The notes under the pieces are model-generated. The model was given only the letters and a program-made list of their open reading frames with translations. It had not been told where the DNA came from and ran no database searches. Made by a program: the position numbers and the translations under genes. DNA of 63,680 nt, filler included, from Octopus bimaculoides (Eukaryota), in the NCBI RefSeq assembly GCF_001194135.2. It is 3 parts of 3 records of this genome, joined end to end, with 100 filler letters (N's around TTAATTAATTAA, not from the genome) between each part and the next. Parts side by side here need not be neighbours in the genome. Positions count along the whole stretch, not along the records: positions 12,126 to 34,784 come from NC_068983.1; positions 34,885 to 63,680 come from NC_068986.1; 1 more part is not named here. One strand, written 5' to 3'. Shown here piece after piece: positions 25,436 to 38,288 of the stretch. How positions within the stretch are numbered: position 1 is the stretch's first letter; every line of letters starts with the position of its first letter.

Positions 25436-26018
25436 TTAATAATAATAATAATTACTAATCCTTAGCAGCTGATGTAATATCTGCTGAGATATTGCGACTC
25501 AGATGTAACTTGCAAGTTCAACGAATGATGTAGTTGGACCCAGATGTATGAAAGTCACACAACAGATTTAAACTCATGGGCGTTCAACATGGTTCCCTGT
25601 CCAATCAGCCGTCTTGCCTCAACGATATAGGACATATGTACAAGATTTACACCTCAGTGATTTAAAAAAAACATTTATCTCTTCACTGTCTTCAAACTCA
25701 ATCATGCGGCAACCAATTCTAACCTCTTTAGTGTTATAGAGAGACAAGAAAAGCTTCGTTGAGTTCGGTTGTTATTTTTTTCACAATTTACTTTCTCAGA
25801 CATGATGCTTTTTTGCTTCTTTTAATTAATGACAGCTATGTGAAATAACGCCTATAGANNNNNNNNNNNNNNNNNNNNNNNNNNNNNNNNNNNNNNNNNN
25901 NNNNNNNNNNNNNNNNNNNNNNNNNNNNNNNNNNNNNNNNNNNNNNNNNNNNNNNNNNNNNNNNNNNNNNNNNNNNNNNNNNNNNNNNNNNNNNNNNNNN
26001 NNNNNNNNNNNNNNNNNA

Positions 26019-26353
26019 GGATCGCGGTTTCGATTCCCAGACCGGGCGTTGTGAGTGTTTATTGAGCGAAAACACCTAAAGCTCCACGAGGCTCCGGCAG
26101 GGGATGGTGGCGAACTCTGCTGTACTCTTTCACTACAACTTTCTCTCACTCTTATTTCCTGTTTCTGTTGTGCCTGTAATTCAAAGGGTCAGCCTTGTCA
26201 CACTGTGTCACGCTGAATATCCCCGAGAACTACGTTAAGGGTACACGTGTCTGTGGAGTGCTCAGCCACTTGCATGTTAATTTCACGAGCAGGCTGTTCC
26301 GTTGATCGGATCAACTGGAACCCTCGACGTCGTAAGCGACGGAGTGCCAACAA
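26019..26353 (+). mobile_element. Family D SINE, low divergence
   Basis: B-box-like ggtttcgattccc, then a body nearly identical to 6758-7046. Confidence 0.85.
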
Positions 26354-27225
26354 TGTACAGATAGCGTTAATGAGGACAAACTTCAGTCGATAGAAATAAC
26401 AATCATATCCCTTCTAAATCCAAGCCAATCGTCGTAAGAGAAGAAACTCACTAAATTTCGAAATTCGCTAAATTTTGGAATTATGTGATGGTCACGGCTG
26501 GAATGGCTTTGATTATAAATCTCTTTGATATGGGTTGTCCTGGGATTTTAACAAGAACCATTTTAGGAACAAAAATACTCCTTAGATAATATAGTGTCTG
26601 ATGCGCTCTTTATATACAAAATGGCCTCGGCTGGTATGCCTTTGATCACATGTCTGGTAGATAAATATTGACGTACGGTTAAACAACAGCATCCAAACGC
26701 CTACGACAGGCTTTAAATTACCAACCATACGATGGTATTCTTACACAATATCTATTTCAATCGTTCCAGCTCTGCTTTGTCAGTAACCCTGGCATTATAC
26801 ACAAACAAAAAACATAAAACTCCAGAGTTCTGCTTTAAACGAAAACTGTTATAAACAATCATGGAGAAAATAAAACGAAGAGCGCCAAGAAAATATGTAT
26901 CATCAAACTATCAATTAATATAAACATGCGGAAACATGAGTCAGCAAAGAAATCATTACAGGATTATTCATCTTGCTAGAAACAGCAGCCACTTATTCTG
27001 CAAATCACAACTTCCTATCATTAAGTATAGAAGATACATTGCATAAGGTGATCTTTTTAAGATGACCCCAACGAGTCCTCAAACAATAATACGTATCATG
27101 AATTTTACTAAACTTTAGTGAATGTTACTGTAAAATATATCAGACCATCAACTATTTGTTTAGAAGAAAAATTTCACACGGGAATTACTTGGAGATCAAC
27201 TCCATTCGAGGTCTACTTTGCCTTT

Positions 27226-27360
27226 CTGTGTGCGTGCATGTACTATATACGCAACATGTGATGCCCATAGCCACATGTAGTTTTAAAAATTATCAGAATA
27301 CGTAGCTAGGAAACAGAGAATATATACATACGTATACACAAACATACTTATATACACATA

Positions 27361-27372
<12 letters not shown>
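27226..27372 (+). repeat. Unclassified ~150-bp dispersed repeat, copy 2
   Basis: Matches 20730-20880. Confidence 0.8.
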
Positions 27373-27418
<46 letters not shown>

Positions 27419-27420
<2 letters not shown>

Positions 27421-27809
27421 CGTGGAAGGACTTTCAGGTCGCTCATCATTTTCAATGGACGTTCTTCTGCTTTTGAAGCGCCCGTGCCACTCGAAACATT
27501 GCGTACGACCCATTGCCTCGTTACCGTAAGCTTGCTAAAGCATGCTCAAAGGCCTCTGTAACAGACTTCCCAAGTTCAACGCAAAATTTCTCATTGGCTC
27601 TTTGTTACTGTCCATGACGACATCGCAGACTACAGCATAAACGTGATCACAAAAACCCAAATTTCACAACTTGCGATGTGAACTCAGTGATGTCACTCGG
27701 CACACTTCTTTATGAAGGTCATTGCTAACCCTCATTGCGCATGCAACCGTGTGCTGCCATCTGTTAGCACGATACAGAACTAATCCGGGAACTTTTTGAT
27801 ACCACGTCG
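27419..27809 (-). mobile_element. 5' part of a mariner (TIR and N-terminal HTH codons), truncated at a (TG)n tract
   Basis: TA-cgacgtggtatcaaaaagttcccggattagtt terminus; QAYGNEAMGRTQCFEWHGRFKSRRTSIENDERP. Confidence 0.85.
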
Positions 27810-28439
27810 TATATGTGTGTGTGTTATATAATCTGACTATGAAGATAGAATTATAATTTATTGTTAACCTGATCATCGTTTTTTTTTCTTTGTTCCTGTA
27901 TCTTGTATATTGATTATACTTGTGTTTTGTTTGTCACTATATTTATAGATTTACTTTTTGTCTGCAAATTACCGAAAATTGCACACAGATTTGAGTATTC
28001 ATTTTCATGTTGTGTGATATGACAACATGATCTAATGAAAGACTTATTTAAAGCAATCACCTGAAGAAGCGCATCTTACACATTTGATGGATGATAAGTA
28101 TTTCGTAATATGTCTACTCTACTGTGATCTTCAGGAGAAAGCTGCTAGAATTCATTATTGGTGGAGTCTTTCCATCTTTTGGTGTGTACGTATAGTATAG
28201 TGTTTGTGCTTGTTCAACGATTTACCTTTTGTGCTTATTAAGCATTTTTTTCTGGACTCTTCGTTGGTTGTTTAGGGGTTTTTTTCGGATGTAGTGCTTC
28301 TCGTAGTTGCTGATGGAAAGGTATGTTATTACTTCGTTTAACAACACAAAGTTCTCAACTTCATACTCAATTGTGAAATAAACGCTACACTGTCAAGAAA
28401 ATCTGAAACTCACTTAAATTATAATATTTCTAGTAAACT

Positions 28440-28710
28440 CTAAAATCCCAACGAAACACTGAACTCTGAACCAAACAGAACTATCAACTAAACACAAACA
28501 TAACGACTACACACTAAACTAACAACTAAATACTAAGCTCTCCACTAATTCTTAAACTGTCAACCAAATATTGTCAACAGAAGGCATTGAACTAAATACT
28601 GTTATATGAGCACTAACCTTTGAAATAAACCAAAAACTGTCATCGAAACACCAAACACTCAACTAAACAAAGCATTAAGTAAACACTAAGTTATCTACTA
28701 AACGCATACT
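28440..28710 (+). repeat. Degenerate A/C-rich minisatellite (aaacactgaactatcaact-like units)
   Basis: Repeated aactaaac / aaacact(g)aa motifs at roughly 18-20 bp spacing. Confidence 0.55.
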
Positions 28711-29212
28711 TCCGATTAAAAAGTTATGAAGGGTTATATAGGGTGTTTAAACCAGAATTCTGCTGAGAGCCACTCCAGCAGATTATGAAGAAGCGAAGCT
28801 ATAGAAAAGATTTTATGTTGAGTTTTTTGATTTAGTTAAGTTTTGTTATTTTCATAACAGGCCTTTTTTTATGATCCCATTTCATTTGACCTAGCTATTG
28901 ATGTGTATGAGTATTTTTTCCAAACGTAATTCGGGAGAATTGAAGAGGCAAATTTACCTTGTCTTATCTTACTCATTTTGCCCCATCTAAATTTGTCTTT
29001 TATATGCTCAAAAAGAATGAAGATAATTTTCTGAAATAGTGTTCTGAATATGTTATAGTGATTTTAATGCATTTAGAGGAGGTCGTGGAGATTTTATTAG
29101 ATAGCTAACATTTATAAAAATATTTTTCTTTATTCAAAGTCAAAAATGCAGTAAATATTAATCATTGTGCCTCGCTACCACTTACTGGAAACTGAGAAAG
29201 TAGACTTTCAGA

Positions 29213-30140
29213 ATATTATTTATTATTATGGCCGGGTTCCAGCCCAGACTACAGCAACAAAGTCTACCTGCCACACTTCTCAGTCGATCATCACTGCTTC
29301 GAAGTCCTGGATACATACTACGCCTGTAGCTGCAATCAACTTGTCGATGTGAGTGTAATGACGTGTTCCTCTGCTTACATCACCATGAAGTGGGTTCCAC
29401 AAGACTAATTTGGATACTTCCGGCTAAGATGGCTCACGCAGTGATCAGGTAGTCGTAGCCGTTTTTGCTTGATCTTCTCGCTAACTTTTGGCAAGTCTTC
29501 ATAATGGTAATTCGCTTGTCATATGTTTCTGCCATTTCACATTTAGAGCCATTCTTTGTATCCTTGTGTAGCATCCATTTAGCACATTTGATCATTTCTT
29601 TGTCAGTGTCCATGCTTCACTACCAGATAATAGCACTGATTCAACAGTTGCAATGAACAGCTTGGTTTTGATTTGCCTGGGAAATTTGGAGTCCCGGAAT
29701 TTCTTTAGTTTGTAAGAGGCTGTCAATGCTTGTGCCTTCCTGATTTACTTTAGTAACATTCAATTTGGAACCAGAGCAAACAATTCAGTATCACTTGATT
29801 GGTTGAAAGACATGTATTCAGTTTTCTTGACATTTGAGCGCAGTCCTATCTTAGCAGCTGATGCTTCTATTCTGCTGAACAGCTTTCGAGCTTGATCTAT
29901 TAGATATGATCTATTAGATATGATCTATTAGATATGATCTATTAGATATGAATGCTGTACCATCTGCGAAGTCCAGATCTATGATGGTTAATGCTGGTAT
30001 TCTCCATGATCTTTGCCGGTCTATGACGAAACCAACATCTTCGTCTCTGTTGTCTGTTGGATAATGTATTGCATAATCCAATACAATTGCAAACAGATAT
30101 GACGCAAGCATATCTCCTTGTAACACTCCAGCTACTATTT
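29213..30140 (-). mobile_element. RTE-group LINE, non-inverted 3' segment (RT core to tail)
   Basis: IVAGVLQGDMLASYLFAIVLDY..TIIDLDFADG, KIGL..NVKKTEYM, LFIATVESVLLSGSEAWTLTKK, VLWNPLHG; (TAA)n-like tail. Confidence 0.88.
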
Positions 30141-30713
30141 GAGATAATTCAGAGTGCCAAGTATAGAATTAAAGAGGGAAAAGCTGCTGGCCTTGATGAC
30201 ATTACCCCTGAAGTTATCAAGAGATGCAATGAGGATGAAATAATACTGGATTTTGCGAATACGTTCTTGCAGAGCAAAGAAAGTCTTAATCAGCAGTTCG
30301 AGGTTGACTTGATATCAATTCCAAAGTCAGGAAACCTCAGCAATGATACTAACTACATATGAATTGCACTGCCCAGTATCTCACTAAAAGTCATCAACTG
30401 AAAGATCCACAACAGGTTTCAACAGGTTGCTTGATAGCCATTTGAAACCAAATCAAAATGGATTTAGACCATGAAAATCCAAATCTTAGATCTTAACCCT
30501 GAAGCGTATCATAGAAGTTAAATCAATACCGCTGCCTGCAATTATAACCTTCGTGGACATTCAGCAACTGGTTTGACAGCATCCCTCGTTGCAAAATGTT
30601 GAAAATCCTTCAAGCACATAGCATTCCAAAAGAACTAGTTATTTTCATTACAAACACTTATGAGAAGACCAGAACTCATGTGTTGTCATCTGATGGAGAA
30701 ACGGAATTCTTTC
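30141..30713 (+). mobile_element. RTE-group LINE, inverted 5' segment (N-terminal RT)
   Basis: IKEGKAAGLDDITPEV..IPKSGNLS..NY, PNQNGFRP, IITFVD..FDSI, MLKILQAHSIP..VLSSDGETEFF. Confidence 0.88.
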
Positions 30714-31451
30714 GGAGTAGAGGTCCCTTATATGTTGGAATTTCCCTAATTTTGTCAGGATTTTCCCTTTTTTTTCATGCATTGCAAAACAATGAAGGGA
30801 AGCTTTTTTAACGCAAAAGTTTTTTAAATCCATATCTTTTAAAGGTTTGTCTCTCCTCTCGCACAGCCACACTCATCGTGCCATTGGAACAATAAAACAA
30901 CCACTAAAATGATATATTTTTCCTTTTCGTAATTTACTGCCATTCTGAAACATTTGTAACTCGCGTTAAAGAAAAAAAATCTTACCCCCCTCTTCCCAAC
31001 TTCATTGTACTTTTCACACTGAAGGAAAAGTTAAACACTGCTGGTGAATGAGTGAGAAAGAATTTGAATTTTGAACAGTTTATCTTTGAAGCGACATTTT
31101 TTCAGTCGTTTATTTTAACTTTTTCTGCTAACTAATCAAATACAATTACATGTGATAGATGGGTTTTGAGATCTAAATTTGATAATTTTCCTTGATTTTA
31201 ATTCGTGTGTATGAAGGAGACCACCGAATTTGAAGTGCACCGCCCCCCCCCCCATGGTTTTAATCTTGTCCTGNNNNNNNNNNCTGCGTATATCGCAATG
31301 ATATCTCAAATGAATACATATGTATGCCCTCGGATGTCCATACAAATGTATACCCTCACGTATCAGCTAACAATTTACTTCATATGAGATTGTTCTTTTT
31401 GTTTTTAATGTCATTTCAGAGTATTTCTGTTCTGACCGGATTTCATTTCTA

Positions 31452-31572
31452 GCAAGACAGACAGACAGACAGACAGACAGACAGGCAGGCAGGCAGGCAA
31501 GCAAGCAGGTAAGCAGGCAGGCAGACGGACAGACAGACAGGCAGACAAATAGATAGATAGATATATATATAT

Positions 31573-31640
<68 letters not shown>
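31452..31640. repeat. Compound (AGAC)(AGGC)(AGAT)n tetranucleotide tract
   Basis: Direct reading. Confidence 0.92.
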
Positions 31641-33199
31641 CTGCACTGACAGACACACTGATAGGCAGACAGAGACTCGGAGAGACGGAGAAAAAGAGAG
31701 AGATGGAGTAGAGGAAGAATGTTACGTTAGTTTATTGATGGAGAAAGAGATAGCTAACAAAGAATATATTTATAGATGTTATAAAAGTGTATGTACATGT
31801 ATGTTTATATATATATATATATATNNNNNNNNNNNNNNNNNNNNNNNNNNNNNNNNNNNNNNNNNNNNNNNNNNNNNNNNNNNNNNNNNNNNNNNNNNNN
31901 NNNNNNNNNNNNNNNNNNNNNNNNNNNNNNNNNNNNNNNNNNNNNNNNNNNNNNNNNNNNNNNNNNNNNNNNNNNNNNNNNNNNNNNNNNNNNNNNNNNN
32001 NNNNNNNNNNNNNNNNNNNNNNNNNNNNNNNNNNNNNNNNNNNNNNNNNNNNNNNNNNNNNNNNNNNNNNNNNNNNNNNNNNNNNNNNNNNNNNNNNNNN
32101 NNNNNNNNNNNNNNNNNNNNNNNNNNNNNNNNNNNNNNNNNNNNNNNNNNNNNNNNNNNNNNNNNNNNNNNNNNNNNNNNNNNNNNNNNNNNNNNNNNNN
32201 NNNNNNNNNNNNNNNNNNNNNNNNNNNNNNNNNNNNNNNNNNNNNNNNNNNNNNNNNNNNNNNNNNNNNNNNNNNNNNNNNNNNNNNNNNNNNNNNNNNN
32301 NNNNNNNNNNNNNNNNNNNNNNNNNNNNNNNNNNNNNNNNNNNNNNNNNNNNNNNNNNNNNNNNNNNNNNNNNNNNNNNNNNNNNNNNNNNNNNNNNNNN
32401 NNNNNNNNNNNNNNNNNNNNNNNNNNNNNNNNNNNNNNNNNNNNNNNNNNNNNNNNNNNNNNNNNNNNNNNNNNNNNNNNNNNNNNNNNNNNNNNNNNNN
32501 NNNNNNNNNNNNNNNNNNNNNNNNNNNNNNNNNNNNNNNATGTGCATATATATATGTATATATGCATGCGTGCGTGTTTGTATGTATGTATGTGTATGTA
32601 TGTATTTAGGAAAACGTGCAGTTTTGTTTTGTGTTTGTTTAAGCACAATATATGTATATGTGTGTGTGTGTGTATACATATGCATGGATATATATATATA
32701 TACATACATACATTCATACATACATATATACATTCATATGTGTGTGTATGTGTGATGCACATAATATCACATTAAGTTTTTTCTCCTTTTTGGAGTGGGG
32801 GAATGATATTTATATTTACTGTACTGGCACAAATTATTTGAAGTTAGATTTTATAAAGGCAAATACTGAATTAGATAAATTTTGGTTTTTACTATCACTG
32901 AACAATTTTGAAGATGATATGTGCTCAAATAATTGCTTAAATCCGCTTTCATAACTAGCCTGATACTTATTTCATCCACTCCAATAGATTAAAATCCAAA
33001 AGCAACTTCCGGGCGACTTGAATTCAAACATTCAGTCATACCAAATTTGAAAAAGGTTTTCTGCATAGCCCGATACCATTTCTGCAATTCCTGTGGCTGT
33101 TCTGAAGAGCTAATGTTGGTTTTTAATGACGCAACCCAGCGATTTGGTAGATTGGTCATGGCTATGGTTTGTACGTCTTGCGATATTTGTTGTCAGTAC

Positions 33200-33277
33200 A
33201 GATCGTGAAAAATCACCTGGGGCCAACTTCGTCATTCATTCTTCCGGAGTCGATAAATAAAATACCAGTCAAGTATT

Positions 33278-33278
<1 letters not shown>
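33200..33278 (+). mobile_element. Family A SINE central fragment
   Basis: cattcattcttccggagtcgataaataaaataccagtc. Confidence 0.55.
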
Positions 33279-33347
<69 letters not shown>

Positions 33348-33569
33348 AAAGTGGCGTTTACAGAAAGTGGTGATACAAATCATTTCAACGCCACTACTGT
33401 GTACATAATAGCAAAGAAGAATGTCACATGACTTCAAATATATATCAGAGAGAAATATTTGATTTACACGCATTCTTTATGCTACTGTTTCTTACATTAA
33501 CGACAAAGGAAGAGGAAAAGAACTTTGTCTCCAATAAGATTTTAAGTCAATGTGCAGACACGGCTGTGA

Positions 33570-33975
33570 TAGAGGTAGGTTTAACTGTGAGGTAAGAAAT
33601 TTGCTTCCTTACCACATGGTTTCGGGTTCAGTCTCACTGCAGGGTATCTTAGGCAAATGCCTTCTGTTATAAACCCGATCCGACCAAAGCCTTGTGAATG
33701 GATTTAGTAGACGGAACCTGAAAGAAACCTCTCTTATGTATATTTGTAAGTGTGTTGTGTGAGTGCATGTGTGGGTGTGGGAGGTCTGTGTTTGTCCCCC
33801 ACAACCGTTTGACCACTGGTATTGGTTTGTTTATGTCTCTGAAACTTAACAATAAGGCCAAAGAGACCGATAGAATAAGTGCCATCCGTTTTTTTAAAGC
33901 ACTGACGTCAAATTGTTTGACTAAAACCTTTCAAAGTAGTGCCCCACGATGGCCGGAGTCCAATGATTTAAACAA
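33570..33975 (+). mobile_element. Composite SINE (B, TG-rich spacer, C), decayed
   Basis: accacatggtttcgggttcagtc..ccgaccaaagccttgtgaatggatttagtagacggaacctgaaagaa, then tctgtgtttgtcccc..agagaccgatagaataagt. Confidence 0.78.
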
Positions 33976-34500
33976 GGCCAATGTCTTAAGTTTTCTTATT
34001 TTATCGATCCTGAAAGGATGACAAGCATATTAGGCCTCAATGAAACACAAAACATAAAAACATGCAAATGACAACCGCAAAGTATTTGGTTTAGCTCTGT
34101 ACAAGTTTTCAATATCCATCGCCTCTTTGGTCTGTCAGCATTGCTGTTGCTACTGTTGTTATTGTGATTATTGTTGTTTAGCCTCCTGTATAATTCTGTA
34201 TCAAGCAGCCTCTGTATTAAAAGACATTCTAGGTGTCTCATTCTAGAGATATTTATTACATCATTATATTTCACAAATTGCATTTACATATATCCAAGAG
34301 CGAAAAGGAGCATTCGTATTATCGCTCGACGTGCTAGAAATAATAAATATATATTCTTCAAGTCAATGCCTATCACCTCAAAAAAGAAAAGGAAAGGAAA
34401 TATTGAATATTGAAGTGATAGAAGTTCTCTAAATAGAAGGAACACAAGGGAACTGTTACGAATATACACATACATACATAAGAAAATAAATAAATACGTC

Positions 34501-34559
<59 letters not shown>

Positions 34560-34610
34560 TAAAAATTTAAAAAATATAAAAAAGGATTTTGTATGATCGT
34601 GTATAGAGGA

Positions 34611-35227
34611 ATATATTATTTCAAAGAGTTCCAACTCTGTCTGCTTTTATGTTTAATTTATATTCTTATAAAATTAATATGGGATATAGAATATGGAATA
34701 TATAATATAAATAGTAAAATGAAATGAAGTATTGAATGTCTCATTGAATATATGAAATATTGAGTATTAAATATAGAGTATAAANNNNNNNNNNNNNNNN
34801 NNNNNNNNNNNNNNNNNNNNNNNNNNNNTTAATTAATTAANNNNNNNNNNNNNNNNNNNNNNNNNNNNNNNNNNNNNNNNNNNNTAACATTTTTCTGACA
34901 TAATTTAAACATATACTTTAACCATGTAACACAAGGCTTCTGTAGTTTTTGCACTCTTATTATCTTTTATACATCCAACCACGTGCTTTCACATACCAAC
35001 TTTCTCACCTATATATATATATATTATTTTCTTTATATATTTGATTCTCTATATTCAATACTCAATATTTCATATATTCAATAAGACATTCAACACTTCA
35101 TTTCATTTTTCATTTTACCATTTATATTATATTATATATTCCATATTCTATGTCCCACATTAATTTTATAAGAATATAAATAAAACATAAAAAAGAGACA
35201 GAGTTGGAACTCTTTTAAATAATATAT
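34611..35227. repeat. AT-rich inverted repeat (arms ~175-190 bp) spanning an artificial join
   Basis: aaagagttccaactctgtct..tatattcttataaaattaat..gaatatggaatatata at 34611-34784 and its reverse complement at ~35040-35227. Confidence 0.85.
34785..34884. other. Artificial 100-bp join: 44 N + TTAATTAATTAA + 44 N
   Basis: Same as 12026-12125. Confidence 0.9.
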
Positions 35228-35239
35228 ATATATATATAT

Positions 35240-36085
35240 ACATGAGTGAGAGACGTGGACCACTTACAGGCGTTATATGAAAATGCTTTACAGATTTCAC
35301 CAATAGTTCTGCAGACGTATCTTGGGGATCAAGTGGGAATGTTTCATACCAGATACAGATGTTTTGCGCATGCACACACGTTGTAGCTCAATTCAACAAC
35401 ACCACATTTTGGCTCAAATGGGCTGGGCTGGACAAGTTATTAGAGTTAAACATAAGCAATTGCCAAAGCGTCTTTTTTATGGTGAGCCCAACTCTGGTGA
35501 GCGACCACAACATAATTCAAGGAAAATGTATAGAAAGTGTGTAAAGGAAAGCCTAATGAAACTGGATATGAACAAAAGTGATTGGGAAATTTATGCTCTG
35601 GAACGGAACAAATGGGGAGGTGCTGTTAGGACAGGTTGCAACGCATCAGAGGGAAATATAATTCAGTGCACTGAGCATAAAAGGGCCTGTCGGAAACGAA
35701 CAATTGGAAGTGAAATCAACAGCGAATATTTTAGATATGTAATGTCCGATCGTTTTTTGCTGTCAAAAGCAGTATCCGTGAATCACATGTATTTACATGA
35801 AATTCGAAATGCCCAGGAAGGTAATAATCTTGAACTCCAACTGCCTCTTACAATATATGGCACAAAACTCGTAAGACAAGTTCACAAAACATTCTTTCAG
35901 AATCAGATTCCAAAGAGGAAAGATGTAGAATAAACTTGAATAATATCTGTCACTTGTGTTTTAAACCCTGTCAGTCAGCGGCTGATCTAAAAAAGCCATT
36001 TGGGAGCTCAACTACTGAGGGATTGTGTGGTGTGATAAGGTGTGATGTATGTCTCGATGGGGCGGCTATCATCGGTCAAGATGAA
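35240..36085 (+). mobile_element. RTE (BovB-like) LINE 3' fragment with three decayed C-terminal C2H2 fingers
   Basis: SETWTTYRRY..RFH..RRILGIKWE, MGWAGQVIR..LPKRLFYGE, WEIYALERNKW; fingers include ICHLCFKPCQSAADLKSHLGAH (with a frameshift). Confidence 0.85.
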
Positions 36086-36559
36086 GCAATCATTATATAT
36101 ATATATATATTATTTATACACACCACACATACACACACACGCACACACACACTCACTCACACTCACACACATAGGCACACACATACACACACACACATAC
36201 ACACACACACATATATATATATATATACATATATATATAAAATTTGCAGTTCCATTATACTTAAGATCAACAAAAGTACTCCATCCAATGTGAAATAACC
36301 ATCATTTAAAATGCACAATTACAAATATAACATTTAAAATACAAAATTACATGAAACTACTAGTAGTTTGATGACTTACGGTACTTAAAGTTGGCAGATT
36401 TAAATACATGATGCCATGTATCTCCAAGCAATCTTACAGGCTCACTTCATAGCTCTAGAATCATTTAAAAACCGGGAGGTCGATCTATGAAAAAACATGA
36501 GAAAAGCTGTGATATCGGACTCTGCCGCCAAAAAACCACAGTGTGTGTACATTAAGTAT

Positions 36560-36960
36560 ATGCGGTCGATAAAGTGTATGGTGGTTGTCTACTCTCTAAG
36601 CAGAGTTTGACCACCTCCTGTACCTACACCATAGAACCATCATGGCATCTGATGTGACTTTTTAAACAGGACAATATTCTGAAAAGACACTCACATAGAT
36701 TGCCATCCGATTTGGACCACCAAGAGCTGCAGATAAATTCTGATCTTTGTGGATCTTAAAATGTCTTTTGAGGCCTCTGTTATATTTGCAAACCCTCTGG
36801 AATACACTGCATTCAAATGCGTGCACAGACATATAGGCAGAATTGTTGGTGGAGGTTCATTTACCATAGGTTCTCAAATGAGATTTAAGCTCTGCAAAAG
36901 AAAGGCATGGTCTGTCACGAACTGCGTACACAAATAGGTCATTGTCATTCACCTTCTCGA
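36560..36960 (-). mobile_element. Second RTE-type 3' fragment with three decayed C2H2 fingers and a 3' UTR
   Basis: FVYAVRDRPCLSFAELKSHLRTY; FECSVFQRVCKYNRGLKRHFKIH; LCECLFRILSCLKSHIRCH. RTE assignment is by analogy with 35240-36085. Confidence 0.65.
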
Positions 36961-37068
36961 TCGTAATATTCTTCCTTAGATTTCTTTTGAGTGTTACATG
37001 CGTTATTCTGGCCTCTTCAAACGCTTTATAATATGTGTGTATATAAATATATATGGACAGATAGACAC

Positions 37069-37139
<71 letters not shown>

Positions 37140-37914
37140 TTCAGGGTGGTTGTATATGTAAGTTTGCATGAAAGAGTTTTTAGGGACTACTCCCCCTGTG
37201 AGTAATATAATACATATGTTTCTAATCATTTTGTACTGACCGTAGATATGTTGTAAGTGTCATTGATGAATGCGCGTGATTTTGAGCGTGTTTAGGTATG
37301 TCTCTAGGTACATATTAGCACACTTTAATGGTGTTGTTTTACTTTATCAATATCATTATGATAAATGGAATATGCGTATGTGTAATTGTGTGCATTGCGA
37401 CGTCAATCTAGGACAGTGTCTAAGCGTTTATATTTTTGCATTTCTATGTGTATTTTCGACAACTAAATATTTTCGTGTTGTATTTCTGCGCGCACACTTA
37501 GATATATGCTTACATATGAACACAAACTTAAATGTGTGCATGCGTGTATGTGCGCGTAGTAAATTTCCATGAAGGCTTTTGTCTCTTTATCATAATATAC
37601 ATAACTTTCTACTTCTGTTTCACTGTACCGGCCTCTTCTTCGCTTTTATACACCAAGAATATGCACACATGCAAATGCATCCAAGAACTATATGGATGTG
37701 TAATGTGCATGTGCGCGCGCCTGCGTCTGTATGTGTGTATGGTGTGAAAGTTTCTGTTTCCGTGTACGACTGAAGATACGTTCTGTTTCCAAGTATGCGT
37801 TTTCCTTTTTTTCTTCTGTAATTTGGCTTTTCATTGCTATAGATTGGAAGACCACATATACACATACACACACAAACACGCACACACTGACACACATCCA
37901 CGCTCACACACGCT

Positions 37915-38002
<88 letters not shown>

Positions 38003-38245
38003 TATATACTTGAGCATATACACATACACATACACATAAATACATACATATATATGCATATATGTATACATACGAAATATATATGCGTGTATGCATGTAT
38101 ATGTATGTATATATATGTATATACATATATATGTATGTATGTATGTGTGTTTGCATGTATATGCATTGAATATATATATCATATGGAATTTACAATAAGT
38201 AAGAATTTCATTATTTCGATATGCGTATGGAATATGTGCGCTGAA

Positions 38246-38288
<43 letters not shown>

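Noticed and set aside
27411-27435. TA-cgtggaagg at the mariner truncation point as a cryptic TIR
   Set aside because: Only about five bases match the true terminus, and it is ordinary transposase coding sequence next to a microsatellite.
33996-34283. 95-aa ORF with an Asn-rich stretch
   Set aside because: Low-complexity (TTG) tract, no domain, and it ends in a SINE fragment.
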